DNA of 64,000 nucleotides from Rebecca billardiae RCC1528 (taxonomy: Eukaryota; Protista; Haptophyta). This document shows positions 59,627 to 64,000 of the stretch, one piece after another; position 1 is the first letter of the stretch; each line of letters begins with the position of its first letter. The position numbers and the translations under genes are program-made. The DNA lies in NCBI GenBank assembly GCA_965240325.2, contig OZ251239.1:1488001-1552000 (forward strand), in the 5' to 3' direction. The notes beneath the pieces were generated by a model. It did no database searches. It had not been told where the DNA came from and worked only from the letters and a program-made list of their open reading frames with translations.

Positions 59627-62071
59627 GCGCGAGTGAGCGACGGCGAGCTGTAGAGAAGGGTGAGTCGTGCGGCGGCGAGTGGCGGCGGCGTGCTTGCAGC
59701 GTGGCAGCGGCGTGCGGCGAGCGCGAACACGCGGAGCGCGCGCGGCTCCGCTGTTGCGCCCCGAGGGGCCCGCGCCGAAGAAGCGCGCTCGCTCGAGCGG
59801 GGGGCAGATCGAAGGTGATGAAGCGCGCGGTTCCGCTCAAGCGAAGTAGAAGGTGATGAGCGACGAGTGTGCCCGACGGACGACAGCGCAACGACACCTC
59901 ACGCGCCGCCCCGCCGGCCGCCCAACAGATGGCCGAGAACGGGACGCCGAAGTAGCATGTGTGCGCTCACTGCCCGCGCCGCCGACATGCGCTCCAGCTC
60001 GGACGAAGGGCAGAAGGTGTTGTTGAGCGCGCCCCCGCGAGCGCGCAGCAGCTGGTGAGGAGCGTGTTGTTGAGTACGCCCCCGCGAGCGCGCAGCAGCT
60101 GGTGAGGAGCGTGGAGCGTGCCCGACACACGCCCGCTGGCGCCGCCCCGCCGTGCGCCCAGCCGCCGGACGCTGCCGATGGACGCAGAAGCAGCATGGAT
60201 GCGCACGAGTCTCGTCCAGCGCCAAAATGCGCTCGCGCGCGAGCGAGGCAGACAGCGCCGAGCGCGCCCACGCTCGAGCGAAGCAGGTGGAGATGAGCGA
60301 GGAGCGCGCACGACGGACGGCAGCGCACCGGCACCTCACTTACCACCCCGATGTGCGTCCCCGATGTGCGCCCGGCCACCGGACGCCTCAGAAGGACACC
60401 CAGCACAAGCGTGGTCGCGCACGAGCGGATGAGAGAAGCAGAAGGCGCTGAGCGTTCCCCTCGAGTAAAGCAGTGGGCCATGAGGAGGAGGGAGCACGAC
60501 GGACGGCAGTGCCCAGCACCTCGCGCTCCGCCTCGCAGTGCGCACGACCGTCGGATGCCGCCGCAGAAGGACGCCGAAGCAGCATCGTGAGAGTTCGAGC
60601 GTGATGCACGCGCACCACGCCAGGGGGGGACAACGAGGAACGGGGAGCGAAGGAGGCGGAGGAGCGCCGCTGGCTGTCCGTGAGTGTGCCGGCGCCGCCG
60701 CGGCCTGCCGCCCGGGGGCCCCGGGCCCGGGCGGGGCCGCTGTGCTCAGGCGTCGGCCGGGGCAGGGTGCGCCGGGGGGCAGTCGCGGCGGAAGCGGTCG
60801 GCTGCACGACGTGGGCTGCCCTGACCGGCCCCGAAGGTGCGCCTGTCACGCCGAGGGTCGGCCCTCCTGCAGGTACGCTCACTTTCCGCTTGGTACCCGC
60901 GCCGCAAAGGCGAGCTGCTTCCGACTCACATCTCGTCACCGTGCGGTCACTCCGGCGATGCCGCTGCGAGCGCCGAGCCCGCGTCCGGCCAGGTATACGC
61001 CCACCTAGCGGGGAGGGGCACGGGCGGCGGCGGAGCAGCGACGCGGCAGTCATAACGCGATAACCGCCGCGGACTGCCAAACCCACCACTCCCGTCGCGT
61101 CGGCCATCGCCCCCAATTTTGGGATTGCGAGACCAGCTCATCGATAGTGACGCACATCCGCACCCGCGAGACCTGAAAATCTTATTCGCGGGTAGCGACG
61201 GGTGCGTCCTGCGGCTGTTTTTCTCGTATGTCCAAACCGCGGATTCCCAGTGCAGGGGGAACGACCTGGTAATAGAATGACCGCGTTCCGCGGTCCTTTC
61301 GTAGAACCAACGTAGTTAGGGGCCCGCGCGGTGCCGACTCTCTAGTCTCTGTCGGCTGCTATAACTACTAAGAGCCATATGTATTTATTGTATCTTCATA
61401 CGACGCTGTCTGTCATCTAATATTTTTATATAGTCTGACCGTCGGTGCCAACCAACAGTTCTGCCTGTGAGCAGCGTGCCACTACTCACTCAGTTGCCCG
61501 GCCCACTGGCACCGGCGGCCCGGGCTGCGGCCCGCGGGGGCCGAGCGAGGACTCTGGATCGCCGATGGCGATACCGGGCCAGTCCGGCGATTTAACTACT
61601 GCCGCATGGGCCATGCCACGTGGCAAGCCTCAAGAGTCAAGGCTCCGGCTCGCAGCGGCACGTCGGCCGTTGCCTCAGCGGCAACTCGGCCGGGGCCGAT
61701 GGCGATGCCCGATGCCGATGGCGATGCCGATGCCGCAGCCCGGGGCCGCCACGCCCCGGACCGGAATGGCTGCGCGGCTAGTCCGCCGCGACCCCGGGGG
61801 CCGCCCGGCGCCAGCGGGGTGACGGCCAGCCCCGGAGGCGGTTGCGACCAGTCCCTCGAGTAAGTAACACTAATACCAGGCTCCTGACACCCGGCAATCG
61901 TCAGTGTGAGTCGTCTGCGCCCGTTGCTAAGCTAGTGATTCGGATTGACCGCGTCGTAGAACTTTCACAGCTGCTGCCCGTGCCGTTTCCGTTTATGCCC
62001 GCGGACTAGACTCTATCTAGAGCTGAATTTCCGCCTGAATCGACTCACAGAATCGAGGCGCTGCCGGCGGC

Positions 62072-63289
62072 GCGGCCTAGAACCGAGCTAGTTAGAGTAT
62101 GATTGACCGATCCGGACAGCGGGCACTGAGAGCGGGCGCCAGTCAACGTCGGAGAAATCAATAAAACGGAGCCACCGCACACCAAGACATGCACGTCGAG
62201 GTCGCCCGATCGCGCTCGGCTCCGCGGCGAGCCCCCGGCCCGGGCACTCGGCGTCGGACTGGAGCGGGCCTGCGCGCCGCGGCAGCGCGCGGCGCGCGGC
62301 GCGCAGCGCGCGGCGGGGACTGTCACTTGTCAGTCGTCTCAGACTCTGACCACTGACACGTCGAGGTCGTCATCGCGCTCGGCTCCGCGGCGAGCCCGCC
62401 GGGCATGCACGGACTGGAGCGGGCCTGCGCGCCGCGGCAGCGAGCGGCGCGCAGCGCGGTGGCGGCGGCGCGGACGGAGTCTCGGGGCAGCGCACGCGCA
62501 GGGTGCGTGATGAATGAATCTTGCAGCAGCTGCAGGTTGTGCGGCTCCGTCGAGCCCATCGTCGCGACGCGAAGGACAGTAGACGAAGACCAGCTTGAGT
62601 GAGCACGGCCTGCGAAGTGCGAGCGAGTCGACCGGGAACAGTCACGGGTCGCGAGTGCCACTCGCCCAGAAGCGACGTCTGCGGCCTAGAACCGAGCTAG
62701 TTAGAGTATGATTGACCGATCCGGACATCGGGCACTGAGAGCGGGCGCCAGTCAACGTCGGAGAAATCAATAAAACGGAGCCACCGCACACCAAGACATG
62801 CACGTCGAGGTCGCCCGATCGCGCTCGGCTCCGCGGCGAGCCGCCCCGGCCCGGGCACTCGGCGTCGGACTGGAGCGGGCCTGCGCGCCGCGGCAGCGCG
62901 CGGCGCGCGGCGCGCAGCGCGCGGCGGGGACTGTCACTTGTCAGTCGTCTCAGACTCTGACCACTGACACGTCGAGGTCGTCATCGCGCTCGGCTCCGCG
63001 GCGAGCCCGCCGGGCATGCACGGACTGGACGGCGGGCCTGCGCGCCGCGGCAGCGAGCGGCGCGCAGCGCGGTGGCGGCGGCGCGGAGTCTCGGGGCAGC
63101 GCACGCGCAGGGTGCGTGAATGAATCTTGCAGCAGCTGCAGGTTGTGCGGCTCCGTCGAGCCCATCGTCGCGACGCGAAGGACAGTAGACGAAGACCAGC
63201 TTGAGTGAGCACGGCCTGCGAAGTGCGAGCGAGTCGACCGGGAACAGTCACGGGTCGCGAGTGCCACTCGCCCAGAAGCGACGTCTGCG
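62072..63289. repeat. Tandem duplication of about 609 bp, each unit with an internal degenerate sub-repeat
   Basis: 62072-62680 versus 62681-63289, differing by a few substitutions and small indels, with GCG microhomology at the junction. Confidence 0.92.
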
Positions 63290-63668
63290 TGGGGTGCGCG
63301 TCGGGCAGGCCCAAGAAGATGCGCAGCATCATGTTCAGGCCCACTAGGCCCAGCGCCTCGATCACCACCTGCTTCTTCGCTGTGTTGATCATCTTCACTG
63401 CCGCGGTTCGCGCCGAGTTTGACTGGCGGCCGCACGCCCCGGCGGCGGGCGCGGCCCGTGCGCTCGCCGTCCTGACGCGGCGGCGGTCCTGGATGCACTG
63501 CGGCACCTGGCCTGAACCCGCGTGCCACGCCACGCGCCGCCGCCGGGCGAGGCGTCGGCGGCGGCCGCCTCCGCCGCCCACGCGGCACGTCGCGCCATCT
63601 GGTGCGAGCCGACCAGTCCTGAGCAACCGCTTCAAAATCAAATAGCCTGATCGAGTACCCCCATAAAT

Positions 63669-63998
63669 TAAGATCGAATGGATATAGATAGCGATTACGG
63701 TTATCGAATGGAGATAGAAAGCGATTACGGTTATCTTTGTTTTGGCAATAATCAGAACTACACGACGAGATGATAGCGCGCGTTTACGGCGATCTCCATT
63801 AGCGGGCGTAGCTCCCGTAGCTCCAATTACCGGTTTTGCTGGGATCCTTCGCGAGTAAGATCGAATGGAGATAGATAGTGATCACGGTTATCTCTGCTTC
63901 GGCAAGAATCGAAACCAAACGAGATAATAGCGTTTACGGCGATCTCCATTAGGTCGTAGCTCCCGTAGCTCCAATTAAACGGTTTTGCTGGGATCCTT
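63669..63998. repeat. AT-richer tandem repeat of roughly 145-190-bp units running off the window end
   Basis: TAAGATCGAATGGA.ATAGATAG...GGTTATC...CGTTTACGGCGATCTCCATTAG...GGTTTTGCTGGGATCCTT occurs twice. Confidence 0.85.
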
Positions 63999-64000
63999 AT

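Larger units (their letters stand above)
56604..61113 (-). mobile_element. Nested split-direct-repeat element, a-body-b-a-spacer-b, with no TSD
   Basis: a (462 bp) at 60652-61113 equals 56805-57266. b (118 bp) at 57270-57387 equals 56604-56721. Inserted between GCGGCT and CAATTTTGGG, which are contiguous in the short host copy at about 40458-40473 on the reverse strand. Confidence 0.85.
54807..61269 (-). mobile_element. Second, inverted copy of the 40313-42241 TIR transposon carrying a nested 4.5-kb insertion
   Basis: TA at 54805-54806 and 61270-61271. 54807-56603 and 61114-61269 align to the reverse complement of the short copy. Confidence 0.92.

Overview
Very GC-rich, intron-containing eukaryotic nuclear DNA from a flagellated, probably plastid-bearing alga. 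A haptophyte such as Pavlovales is plausible, but that is inferred from composition and gene content only. About 17 protein-coding genes can be assembled, nine of them spliced across 20 GC-rich GT-AG introns: an AGC kinase-ankyrin-U-box fusion, kinesin-2, F-box/LRR, ribosomal eL42, a PhyH-like and a TPR-like Fe/2OG oxygenase, two tandem acidic paralogs, a C2/class-3 lipase, a papain-like protease, a putative glycosyltransferase, IscA, CSN5, DUF1415, a cNMP-binding protein and two unknowns. Gene blocks alternate with dense, nested non-autonomous mobile DNA, and no transposase, reverse transcriptase or recombinase ORF is visible. Most notable: (1) a 2.86-kb TA-flanked element with perfect 42-bp terminal inverted repeats enclosing one intact, intronless TPR-like/2OG-oxygenase gene; (2) two sequence-unrelated elements sharing an A-body-B-A-spacer-B split-repeat architecture, one with its empty site visible in this window; (3) a foldback palindrome capped by 10-mer arrays of telomere-like polarity; (4) a PhyH-family enzyme with a halogenase-type HxG motif; (5) an intact 1.48-kb TRIM-like LTR element. 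All alignments and coordinates were read by eye and no databases were searched.
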